A stretch of 64,000 nucleotides of DNA from Octopus sinensis. Its lineage: Eukaryota. The stretch is from NCBI RefSeq assembly GCF_006345805.1, contig NC_042998.1:191456001-191520000 (forward strand), in the 5' to 3' direction. Shown piece by piece: positions 12,510 to 24,550 of this stretch. Both the position numbers and the translations under genes were made by a program. Below the pieces are notes generated by a model, which worked only from the letters and a program-made list of their open reading frames with translations, did no database searches and was not told where the DNA came from. Numbering within the stretch: position 1 is the first letter of the stretch; every line of letters begins with the position of its first letter.

Positions 12510-13163
12510 TTATGTGTGTGTGTATGTGTATGTGTGTGCCTATGTTTTCTTGTGTGGGTATACATACACATATGAATATTGGGACATAGAGATACAATTG
12601 AAACAGATGCTTCCTGATTGCTAAAGTTGTCAACAGTCAGGAAATTTGAAGTTCCAAGTAAATGAGAAACAGACAGCAGTGATGATTGCTGTCTTCAAAA
12701 GCATTAGAAATAATTCCATCCTGGAGATACGACTTGAGGTGATGTGATATCGAATTTATCACCGATGCTACCAGCCTGGCAGCGATTCACGCATTAACAA
12801 ATTCCAATCACAATTGTTCCACAGTATCTTTTCTCTGAACCAGCAAACTGCATAACCTGTCCACCTTGGACAAATTGACGCACGCATCCGGCAACATTTA
12901 TCACACTTACTCGGTCATATTTCACAAATCACTAACGAATAATTTCGGATTTTCGTTTTCCCTCTGAAATTCCCTTCTCACCCATGCATACTTGAAAATA
13001 TTAACCAGCAGACATCCAAAGCAAACAACGATTGTGTTTACTCTTACCATTCTACAAAAGCTCCATTGTATTAGCAATTGTTTCTCCTTCGATGAATCAT
13101 TTAACGAATAAACCTTGCTCAAAATTATCACATTCATCTACATTATTGGAGAGTGCTGATACC

Positions 13164-13390
13164 TATTTCTTTATTACCCACAAGGGGCTAACATGAAGGG
13201 GACAAACAAGGACATACATAGGTATTAAGTCGATTACATCGACCTTAGTGCGTAACTGGTACTTAATTTATCGACCCCGAAAGGATGAAAGGCAAAGTCG
13301 ACCTCGGCGGAATTTGAACTCAGAACGTAACGCAGACGAAATACCGCTAAGCATTTCGCCCAGCGTGCTAACGGTTATGCCAGCTCGCCG
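13164..13390 (-). mobile_element. SINE family A with TSD
   Basis: Reverse-complement full copy, with a 14-bp direct repeat AGAGTGCTGATACC at 13150-13163 and 13396-13409. Confidence 0.92.
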
Positions 13391-13487
13391 ATATCAGAGT
13401 GCTGATACCAAATTCATGTGTGAGTTCAATGGTGATAATCTAGACACGCTTTAATTGCTTTCTGCGTTTGTTGACCAACAACGAATC

Positions 13488-13700
13488 GCATGTGCAACAG
13501 TCTGTCCTATGTATAGCAATTTATCCTATGTTTAACAGTGTATCCCATGTACAACAGTCGATTCCATGTACAACAATCTATATCATGTATAACGACCCAT
13601 CTTATAATGTAACAACGTACTCCACACCCCAGACTATTGCATGTGTAATTAGCTATCCTATATGCAATAGCCTATTGCATAACGTCTATCACACGAAACT
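13488..13700. repeat. Degenerate ~19-bp minisatellite
   Basis: Recurring CCATGTACAACAGTC-like units, which explain the ORF at 13468-13869. Confidence 0.5.
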
Positions 13701-14916
13701 CAGCAAGGACAGATCCTGTACTTGCCGAGTTCTATACGCTCCTGTTATGGAACCAATGAAATTATACACGCAATATTTAACTCTATCTGAAGAGAATGAA
13801 CGACCCTTTAAAATATATTCTGTTTATTACATATCAGCTATCTTAATCGTATTTTTCCTATACTCTTGACGTTTAACCGTAAAGCATATCCTGCTTTGTG
13901 ACTTACAATCCAGGGAACAGATTTAAATTGATTGATAGATTATTCAGCAGCCAACTAAAAACTTGACCGCCTCTTCTGGTAAATTTTCGTTTGTCTAACT
14001 CTATATATTATCCTGTTTATGTTTTATGGTTTTGAGCGTTAATTTCCGGTTTCCAATATTACATTTTACAGTGAAGTCCACATCATTTATAAAGCTGCAT
14101 GCGGAAAAAAAAAATAAAGACGGCGCCTGTAGGAGTAAAGCTTGAGAACCAGCGAAACACCCCATGCAGAGGATAAGAACAAAATATACATCATGCACAT
14201 TTAATTTCCTGTTATTTTACCTTGTTGATAATTAACTTTATCAATTACGTATATTTATCGGTGCTTGTGTAGACATGATTCAAGCAGTCATTATTCTATT
14301 TATTTGTTCAGCCTACCATGAATTAGTCTCGTGTTTATTTGTGTCCATACACATTGTCCTTGACAACTGCTTTTCGTATCACTTCTTAGTTTAACCAATA
14401 ATAACTTCCGGGATAAAAAAACTTAGAAAATATTTGGAAATAGATTTAATAAGTGGACACTTTACTACCGCACTTTGGAGTGTTCGCATATTACTTTAGA
14501 CTGCTGACATATGCTCTTTATTCACACACACATATTACCAGGAATATTAGAAAGAAGCATTATGTTCTGACTCGGCAATCAACACTAGTAGAAAGATAAT
14601 TACGTGTCTGATAATGCTAAAACTTCAAGCAGCATAGAAGGAATAGATTAATTAGGAAAATAGTGCAGCGAGCGGTTTATCATTAATTTATTGCAAACCT
14701 TTAAATGTCATATAATGAACATCAAGGCGCGCATGTAAAAAGGCGATTGGTATATGTTGATTTTTCGGTATACATCATGGAATAATGTATAAATGTATAT
14801 AATTTCATAAACAGGATTGGAGTGTTTATAGAAATACACATAAATAAGTACAACATGAGACAATATTTTATGTATTTGTAACATTCAAACATATTTTATT
14901 GCAGTGTCTAGAGCAA

Positions 14917-15012
14917 GCTCACTCACTCGCTCGCTCACTCACTCACTCACTCACTCACTTCACTCACTCACTCACTCACTCACTCACTCACTCACTCACT
15001 CACTCACTCACA
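14917..15012. repeat. (CTCA)n microsatellite
   Basis: Direct reading. Confidence 0.95.
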
Positions 15013-15076
15013 CACTGTCTGTGTGTCTATCTATCCAAATTATATATATATGTGTGTGTGTGTATATATATATATA

Positions 15077-15159
<83 letters not shown>

Positions 15160-15395
15160 AAAATTCAAGGTGAAAATGCCAAAATAATTTTATAAAAAAA
15201 CATTTCAGTACCGGTTCCAGTCATTGAGACTTTTTCAACTGAGTATGGAAAACAATAAAATTTTGGAAAAATTAAATGAAAATTTTTTTAAAGAATATTT
15301 GCATAGTATTCAAATACAAGGCGCATTTTCCTTCTTTCTGCCTATCACTGTATCTCTTGTTTACTCTTGTGGGTTCGAGGTCGTTGCGAATTCTT

Positions 15396-15632
15396 GCCAA
15401 CAGATGTAACAAAAACATAAAACGAAAAACAAGCAAGTGTACTGATTAATAGCCAGTCTCGTGCCATGATCGCTGTGGAGTGACACTCGATTGATGAGAA
15501 AAGAATTCAGTTCAAATGCATGTGTTACGTGCGTATGCGTACATACATACACTCACACAATACATAATCACTTCAGATTTTCTATACAGTTTAAGACCAG
15601 CACTATAGAAAATCTGTAGAGATGAACTGTGC

Positions 15633-15694
<62 letters not shown>

Positions 15695-15739
15695 TATATA
15701 TTATATATATATATATATATATAGATTATAGTATATATA

Positions 15740-15777
<38 letters not shown>

Positions 15778-16131
15778 TCTGAAATCAAGGGCATAATATT
15801 TCGTTTTGCAACTATAATTACTACCCGAGTATATTAACAGTTTACAGAGCAATAGTGTGCCTTACCTTTGTTTTAGCAGTGCCTTGTTTTCATTTTTAAG
15901 TTCATCTCTACAGATTTTCTATAGTACTGGTCCTAAACTGTATAGAAAATCTGAAGCGATTATATGTGTGTGAGTGTATGTATATACGCATGGTCACGTA
16001 ACACATGCATTTGAACTGAATTATTTTCTTGTAAGTTGAGTGCCACTCCACAGTGATCATGGCACGAGACTGGCTATTAATCAGTACACCTGCTTGATTT
16101 TCGTTTTTATGTTTTTGTCAGATCTGTAGGC
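15396..16131. mobile_element. Fold-back element with ~230-bp TIRs, each carrying a nested hairpin
   Basis: Arms 15396-15628 and 15899-16131 are reverse complements (48/50 identical in one block). Each contains CAGATTTTCTATA-N17-TATAGAAAATCTG. The spacer includes (TA)n. Confidence 0.85.
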
Positions 16132-18078
16132 GTTTTTTATTACTTCCCGAATTACTGAATATTGTTTAGTATTTCTTTCTTACGTTTTTATTAGAGCGCG
16201 CTGTTTATTTCTTTGGTGGTCTTGTGCTTTCGTACTAATAGATACGAGGTTTTTCATGGTTGTGCTGTTTTTTTTTTTATGGTTTCTTAAACTTTTGCTT
16301 AAATACATTTGTTTTTCAGAAAATTATGACTTCAGGATGTGGGTCATATTTCCTGATTAACAAATTCATTGTTTTGATAAAAATTGTTGCTGTTTTATAG
16401 ACTGCTTTTCTTGTTTTTCCAATACTTACGTTGTACAAAAAGGCTTTTTATTATGTTATTCTCCTCATGCTTCTTGTTTTCATTTTGTTTTCGCTATGGT
16501 CTAGTGATTTTCTTTCTTACGGTTCGTTAGCCATATGTCTGTGTTATGGGAAAGTGGTTTGAGTGGATAGGGAGGGAGATACATGTGATTTAATTATGTT
16601 TGTAAAAGCAGTTGATTATGAATGTGTGTGTGACTGTATGTGTATCGTCTTGCGAAGTATATTTGTATTAACAGATTGCGGCCCGATCTCTGTAAATGCT
16701 TGAGGACCTGTATGTTTTTTTTTTTTATTGGGATGTCCCTTGTTTTATAATTCAGTTGGTGAAAACGACTCCATTAGTTGTTTACTTATTTGAAGATCAG
16801 ACCATTCTTTGAAGATTAATTTATTTTGATGTTTGCAGTAGGACAATCTCAAGTTCTGCAACATATGTTTTGTGTGATTACATCACATTTTGCTGCGATG
16901 AATCGAAAAATGCAAGGAGGTGCATAGTCTGTTGATTTTCAAATTTGATTCTCGCCTTTATGTTATTTTTTCTTGCTTCAAAAATGCCCAACAAGGCCGT
17001 TTTGTCGACGCTCCCAGACGATGAAGTAGACTAGCCCAATACGTAGATATAGAGGGAGAAGACTTGACGTAGTAGAGTACAGTAGAGTTGAGTAGAAGGC
17101 ATCGGAACGTGCGACATAACAAAGACAATTGCATTTCTCCTGTTAATGTTTGGACTGGGTATAGGCGGTGCGTTGCACATATCTAGTTTATAAAAAGTTC
17201 AGTTGGTCAAAATGATGTAGCTTATTCATTTCTCTCTCTCTCTTTCTCTTCATTCTGTGATGCTGTTATTTAATGACAATATATTTTGGCTGCTGCCATA
17301 GTCTCATATTTACGCTTCATGAATCGCCGATTGTTTGTTATAATGCACTGATATGATGTTCGAGGTTATTTTTCTTTAAAAGAATAAGTTCTTGATTTAT
17401 GTTATAACATGCTGCTTCACTAGAGTGTGGGTCATGTGCTGTCAGAATTTATCAGTTGTATATGATTTCTGATTCTGGTACAACGACACATTTATAGCTT
17501 CATAAGCTCTCCCAATCAAGTTGGTGTAGATTATTTTTCGATCTATTTCTCTTGTAATAGTATTATTTTTTTCGCTAATATCTTTTCGAATTTTCTCTTT
17601 TGTGATGCTGGTACAGGGCTACGCTTCATCGTAATATGTATTTATGTTATTGCCTTTCTCGATACCATTAAAGCCACGAACTTTTCAGCATATATGGATG
17701 TGTGTATGTATGTATGTTTTGTTTGTATGTATGTGTATGCAGATGTATATGTGTGAGTGTACCCCTCGAATGCACATATGGACCAAAACAAAATTAAAAC
17801 ATTCGAGAGGACCACCATATCACTGCACTGGTTTAAACCGATCGGAGCATGGACAACGCATATTTATACAAGCATGTATGCACATGTGTGTGCGTGCATA
17901 TGCGTGTATACATGTATGTACATCAACAAAGTCACTTTATGTATTTGTGTAAATATTTCACGAACACACATACATACACAAGCGCACGTCTGCTTATATA
18001 TCTATATATATATGGGTATGACTGGACGTACACATGTAGGTACATAAATATGTATATATTTCTCTCCTTCGCTTTCTT

Positions 18079-18087
18079 ATACATAGA

Positions 18088-18120
<33 letters not shown>

Positions 18121-18970
18121 GCATACATACATACATGCATGCATACATACATACACATACTCATGCATGCATACCTACATACATACATACTTATCATACA
18201 TACATGCATACATACATACATGCATGCATACATACATACATGCATACATACATACATGCATGCATACATACATACATACATACATGCATGCATACATGCA
18301 TACATACATACATACATACGTAAATACATACATACATGCATGCATGCATATATACATACATACATACATGCATGCATACATACATACATAATACATATAT
18401 GCATACATACATACATACATACATGCATATATATATGCATACATACATGCATACATACATACATACATACATACATACATACATACATGCATACATACAT
18501 ACATGCATGCATACATACATGCATGCATACATACATACATACATACACACATACATACGTACGTACATACATACATACATACATGCATACATACATACAT
18601 GCATGCATACATACATACATGCATGCATGCATACATACATACATACGTACATACATACGTACATACATACATACGTACATACATACATACATACATACAT
18701 GCATACATACATGCATGCATACATACATACATGCATACATACATACATACATACACACATACATACATACATACATACATACATACATACATGCATACAT
18801 ACATACATATATGCATACATACATGCATACATACGTAGATACATACATGCATACATACATACATGCATACATACATACATGCATACATACATACATGCAT
18901 GCACACATAATGCATGCATGCATACATACATACATACATACATACATACATACATACATACATACATACA
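18079..18970. repeat. (TACA)n/(TGCA) microsatellite, ~890 bp
   Basis: Direct reading. It explains all ORFs between 17849 and 19264. Confidence 0.97.
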
Positions 18971-19588
18971 TAGATTTGGTAAGAAACTTGCTTGCCAACC
19001 ACAGAGTTCCGGATTCCCAACGCGTCTATGAACTTGTATAAGGTAAGTACAGGTAAGCACAATACACATGCTTACTTGTACGAAAGTGGTGATTCTTCTT
19101 GTCGCTACTTCACGTCTATCGCTTGATACATTCCGGTCTTCAGACAACAATCGAACTGACTGCAGGACTAGTATAACATTTAAAAAAACTAAACTACGGA
19201 TAGATTTTAAGATTGGAAAGATTGTGAATATATTCGCCGTGTATGTAAACACGTGTGAAAACAAGCTTCAATGCTTACGAATGATTATTTAATTCTATAA
19301 ACGCTAGCAGCGAATGGAATTATATCAAAGTGAATACAATCAGTGCCAGTTAGTCGTAATATTGCTTTTTTTATGACTCGCCTCGATTTCAAACAACTGT
19401 TTAAGTTTAGATACATATGCTTCATGCGTAAACACAGATTATTCCTTCTGCTCCAATCAATGCAGATCTGTATGGCCTTCTGTATGAATGGGACAGTGTG
19501 TATACGTATGCTTGTTAATAATTTAAATTATATTTCATTGAGATTGTAGAGAACCTCATATACACACATATATTTATACACACACAGA

Positions 19589-19624
<36 letters not shown>

Positions 19625-19729
19625 GTATACATCTATATAAATATATAAATAAATATAAAGATATAGATATGTGTACATACATATAGGTATATAAAAATGA
19701 ACTGTACGTAACATACATCTCTCTCTCTT

Positions 19730-19760
<31 letters not shown>

Positions 19761-19781
19761 GTATATATACACATGTATATG

Positions 19782-19834
<53 letters not shown>

Positions 19835-19910
19835 CTAACTATCTATTTATATACTACTCTCTCTCTCACACTCACTCACTCTCTCTCTCCATATATATAT
19901 ATGTGAATAT

Positions 19911-19941
<31 letters not shown>

Positions 19942-19996
19942 TTAATATCTATTTATCTACAACTCTCCCTCTCTCACTCACTCACTCTCTCTCCCT

Positions 19997-20078
<82 letters not shown>

Positions 20079-20083
20079 TATAT

Positions 20084-20137
<54 letters not shown>

Positions 20138-20764
20138 TATATGTATATACGTATATCTGCCTGTGTACATGTATGCGTTTTCTGTAATTGACCCAATGCA
20201 TAGACACGCAGTGTAACAGGAAATAATTTGCCTGAACATTTTTCTTTCATGAATGCAAAAACTATTTTATTGGTCTTAAAATCGATATGCAAATGACTGT
20301 TGTGGTTTTAGAAATGATTGATTCGATTTCTTTTCATGAGATGAGAAACTTTTTCAAATATAGACCGTTCTGCTCCATCGATTATACAGAAGGAATCAAA
20401 AAAAGTTTTTTTTTTTTCTGAACTGAGATTTCATATGCCTATAAAATTTTGCGTAGAGGAGCATGGAGTTACATACAATACATATGCAAACATACATACA
20501 TGGACACATACATAGATGATTTTAGACACACACATTCATACACAAAAAACTTATATTTAAATGCTTAATTATATATGCATGCGTACATATATATAGATAT
20601 GTGCATACTAAATTATGATACATATATTCGTGTATATATATGTATGTATATATATACACATGTAGGTGCATAAACATGCATATATTTCTCTCCCTCTCTT
20701 CCTGTATTCGTCTTTCGCTCACTATTTTCTCTCTCCTTCTATCAGTCTATCTACTCATATATAC

Positions 20765-20820
<56 letters not shown>

Positions 20821-20832
20821 TATACATATATT

Positions 20833-20894
<62 letters not shown>

Positions 20895-21384
20895 ATACTA
20901 TATATAATATATATATATACACACAATATATATATATATATAATATTATATATATGTATGTATATATTCTGCAAATGTTAGACGTTGTGTGCTTTCCTGC
21001 TTGTTTCCAATTTGGAGGTGTGTATTTCCGTTAGTTCTTTTCTATTTTTTTCTTTCTTTCGTTTTTTTTTTTTTTTTTTGATAACTGTATGTATGTGTGT
21101 GGATGCTGGAACTGCTTACCGGGTACAGCGGTTAAGTGTTCAGTATTAGATCGTTCAAAATAGAACTTCTGTAAATGCACAATAATGAGATGGAGAATAA
21201 TACATTAAAGGAATCATAGTCCTTATACAACCACACATGTCTAATGTACGTACGTACGTATGTATGTATGTATGTAATATTATGTATATACGTATGTGTT
21301 TGTATATATATATATTATATATATGCATACATATAAATATATATAGGTATGCACACTCACAAATATATATGCATAGATAAAAAT

Positions 21385-21415
<31 letters not shown>

Positions 21416-21565
21416 AAGATAGTGAAATACATAGATAGATATTGAAATAGATGTACATGCGCATATATAATAATATATCTGCGCCTGTGTGAATATGATG
21501 TGTGTTTTATTAAAGCATAAAAATGTGAGTATATATATGCACATACATACATACATATATATATA

Positions 21566-21602
<37 letters not shown>

Positions 21603-21618
21603 TATATATATATATACA

Positions 21619-21668
<50 letters not shown>

Positions 21669-21999
21669 ATACATGCATACACACACGCAGACACACAGAT
21701 ACATGCACACACACACATACCCTCCTCTCCTCACACGTTGATATCGCAGCAGCCTCGTTAAAGTAATGAGTCCGTGACGCCAAGGGAAATAACTTTGAGG
21801 AAAGAGACTATAGTCGTAGCAGTGATGTTGTCTTTGATGGTGTTGATGGTCGTTAATTAGATATGGAGTGAGATTGAGTGATATAAATTGAGTAGTGCTC
21901 TTTTGTTTTCATCGTTGTTTTGTTGGTTACTTGTTCTAGGCGTATCCATTATTACTTCCAATATTATGCATACATACATATATATACATATACATATAT

Positions 22000-22066
<67 letters not shown>

Positions 22067-22148
22067 ATATATATATATATTATATATGTATATATGTATA
22101 TATATATGTATATGTAATATGTATATATGTATGTATATATAATATACG

Positions 22149-22179
<31 letters not shown>

Positions 22180-22515
22180 ATATATATATATATATATATA
22201 TCTATATATATATATATATATATATAAATATATTAATTTTTGCTATTTGTAAACTATTGCATAAAAATTGGAATATATATTTCAAAGTGTCTTGTACAGC
22301 AATGACTTCAAATTTCCAAATTATTGTAGTTTTTGTAAATCGTAACTATACATCTATTAAACTGAACTGTCAACTTCCTTTTTTTTTTGTTTATTCCAGA
22401 TTGTATCAGACGGCTGTGATAGCTCTTCAAACACACTCTACTAATTACTGCTTGCCTGAACTGTCTATTTTGCAAAATGCAGTTGGGAGGTGAGAGCAAT
22501 TCAGATGCTGATCAT

Positions 22516-22645
22516 GCAATAAAATACTGTGTTAAACTGGGCAAAAACGTTACAGAGACATATGAAATGTTCCACACTGCTTATGAATTAAGCTTCTGGT
22601 GTCGGACGTCTGTCTTTCGATGATACAAGCGATTCAAGGACCGTT
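22516..22645 (+). pseudogene. Mariner transposase N-terminal HTH remnant
   Basis: Translates IKYCVKLGKNVTETYEMFHTAY...VFR*YKRFKD, a typical mariner N-terminus. Confidence 0.7.
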
Positions 22646-22649
22646 TAAA

Positions 22650-24480
22650 TAAAGGCGATGCTACCAACCCCACTTCTTAAAAACTTTCCTGATGACCATA
22701 GAAGTGAAAATATGCCATCTCAGGATAGCATACCGGATGCTTGTCAAAGCCGGAAGGAAATCTGGATCTTGAAGATCAGATTTTCTACACCAAATCTATC
22801 ATTGCAATTTCAAAATGGAATGTATAGACATTATACCAAAGTGGAAAGATAAGTCAAGTGATTGGAGAGGTGCAGAATTAAAATTTGGACATTCTTGGCA
22901 TTCTTGGTATTGTCGTATTATATTAAATGAAAATAAGATACTGTATTTATGTATGAAGGACCAGAATATGTATGGAGTTGGCATTATTTTGAACTGGTTG
23001 GCTGCAAGCCGATAAATGAGCAGATTATAACAGCGCACTTTCAAATCAGACACTGGAAATTTACCATAGTTCTTGAGTATGTACCAACTAAAATTATAGC
23101 TGCGGGAGACAATAAGCAAGATAACTTCTATGACCACCCCCAGAAATTGCTTAAGGAAAGATTGAATTATGACCTCAAGCTTGTCGTTGACGATTTCAAT
23201 TTACAACTGGATCTTAACTGGCGGCTCATTCCAGCTCTGGTAGGTATGAGACCAGTAACAATGGAAATAGAATGCTGCTGCTGATTGGCGCGTGAGACTT
23301 AGTTTAGGGAACACCTACTTTCAACACGAGTGTATCGACAAGATAATATGGACATCCCCATACTATATCTGCATTACCAAACGATGGTGATCATCAATGT
23401 TGAACGCTCGAAGTTGCAGAGAGGCAGAGATTGGATCGAACCACAACCTTGTCGGAAAACAACGAAAGTGATCAATGAAACCAAGCCGTTTGAGATGGTA
23501 TAACTCAAAGATTTGTAAACACAGCGACACTATAAGGCCGAAGTGAACAACAGATTTGAAGCACTGTGTCATACTATCGATATTGAGGAGCAGCAGAAAC
23601 GTTAGCAGAAACGTTAGCACGCCGGGCGAAATGCGTAGCCGTATTTCGTCTGCCGTTACGTTCTGAGTTCAAATTCCGCCGAGGTTGACTTTACCTTTCA
23701 TCCTTTCGGGGTCGATTAAATAAGTACCAGTTACGCACTGGGGTCGATATAATCGACTTAATCCGTGTGTCTGTCCTTGTTTGTCCTCTCTGTGTTTAGC
23801 CCCTTGTGGGTAGTAAAGAAATAGGTTTCAAAAGGTTGTAACAGAAAGTGCAAAGTCACATTGGGCAGATCTGATCGGGAAGTGGAGAAAATGTGTAGAA
23901 GAGATACACAGCAGTGTCTAAAAAACGAAGGTATGGTAGCTCTAGATGCTGCAAACAAGAAATGACTCGTAACGTCTATATAAATCGTGCGCGAGTTAAC
24001 AAGTGTAAGGAGTAATTCCAATCATCTAAGGATGATAAAATGCTTACAACGGAAGAGAAACAAGTAATGCGCAAGAAAGAGTACTTTCGTGAAGCTTCCA
24101 GTCAGCCAATTCCAGGACCTACTTGTGAAGTGGGCAACGAGACAATGATGAATGAACTGAATATCAGCATTGGTGATATAACAGAAGAGTGGACAAGGCA
24201 AATTCAACTTGAAGTACAAAAAAGCAGCTGGGATATCAACCACACATTAAAAGCATGGCCAGGAAGCAGTTGTACAATGTCTGACACAATTGTTCAACGT
24301 TGACTGGAGGCTTGGACTGATGATCCCACTAGCTCAAAAAATGTTTTCTGGTGGACTGTAACATCTGGTGTGGAATTACACTTTTATACAAGCCTGGTAA
24401 AGTTCTTTGCATTGTCCTGATGAATAAATTAAAGAAGGAGCTTGATGTTGTGTTGAGTGATGTCTTCTTGAGGCTATAAA
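22650..24480 (+). mobile_element. RTE-clade LINE remnant (APE endonuclease plus start of RT), interrupted by a SINE
   Basis: Motifs across frames: WNV*TLYQSGK (22816), INEQIITAHF, DDFN, GNTYFQH, (R)GAEIGSNH (GSNH at 23433), then L..LFN, GITL...PGKV. Many stops and frameshifts. Confidence 0.85.
23591..23823 (+). mobile_element. SINE family A inserted in the RTE remnant
   Basis: Family A body and tail, with a duplicated CAGAAACGTTAG at the 5' end. Confidence 0.9.
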
Positions 24481-24550
24481 CTACAGTAGCATCATCCTAT
24501 ATGGGTCAGCCACATTTAGGTGGCAAATATACTTCACAATATATATATAT

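Noticed and set aside
19095-19150. Minus-strand CTGAAGA...GAAG motif in a possible PLE-like tail
   Set aside because: Lacks GAAA, the NUH triplet and a helix II. At best it is a very decayed relic.
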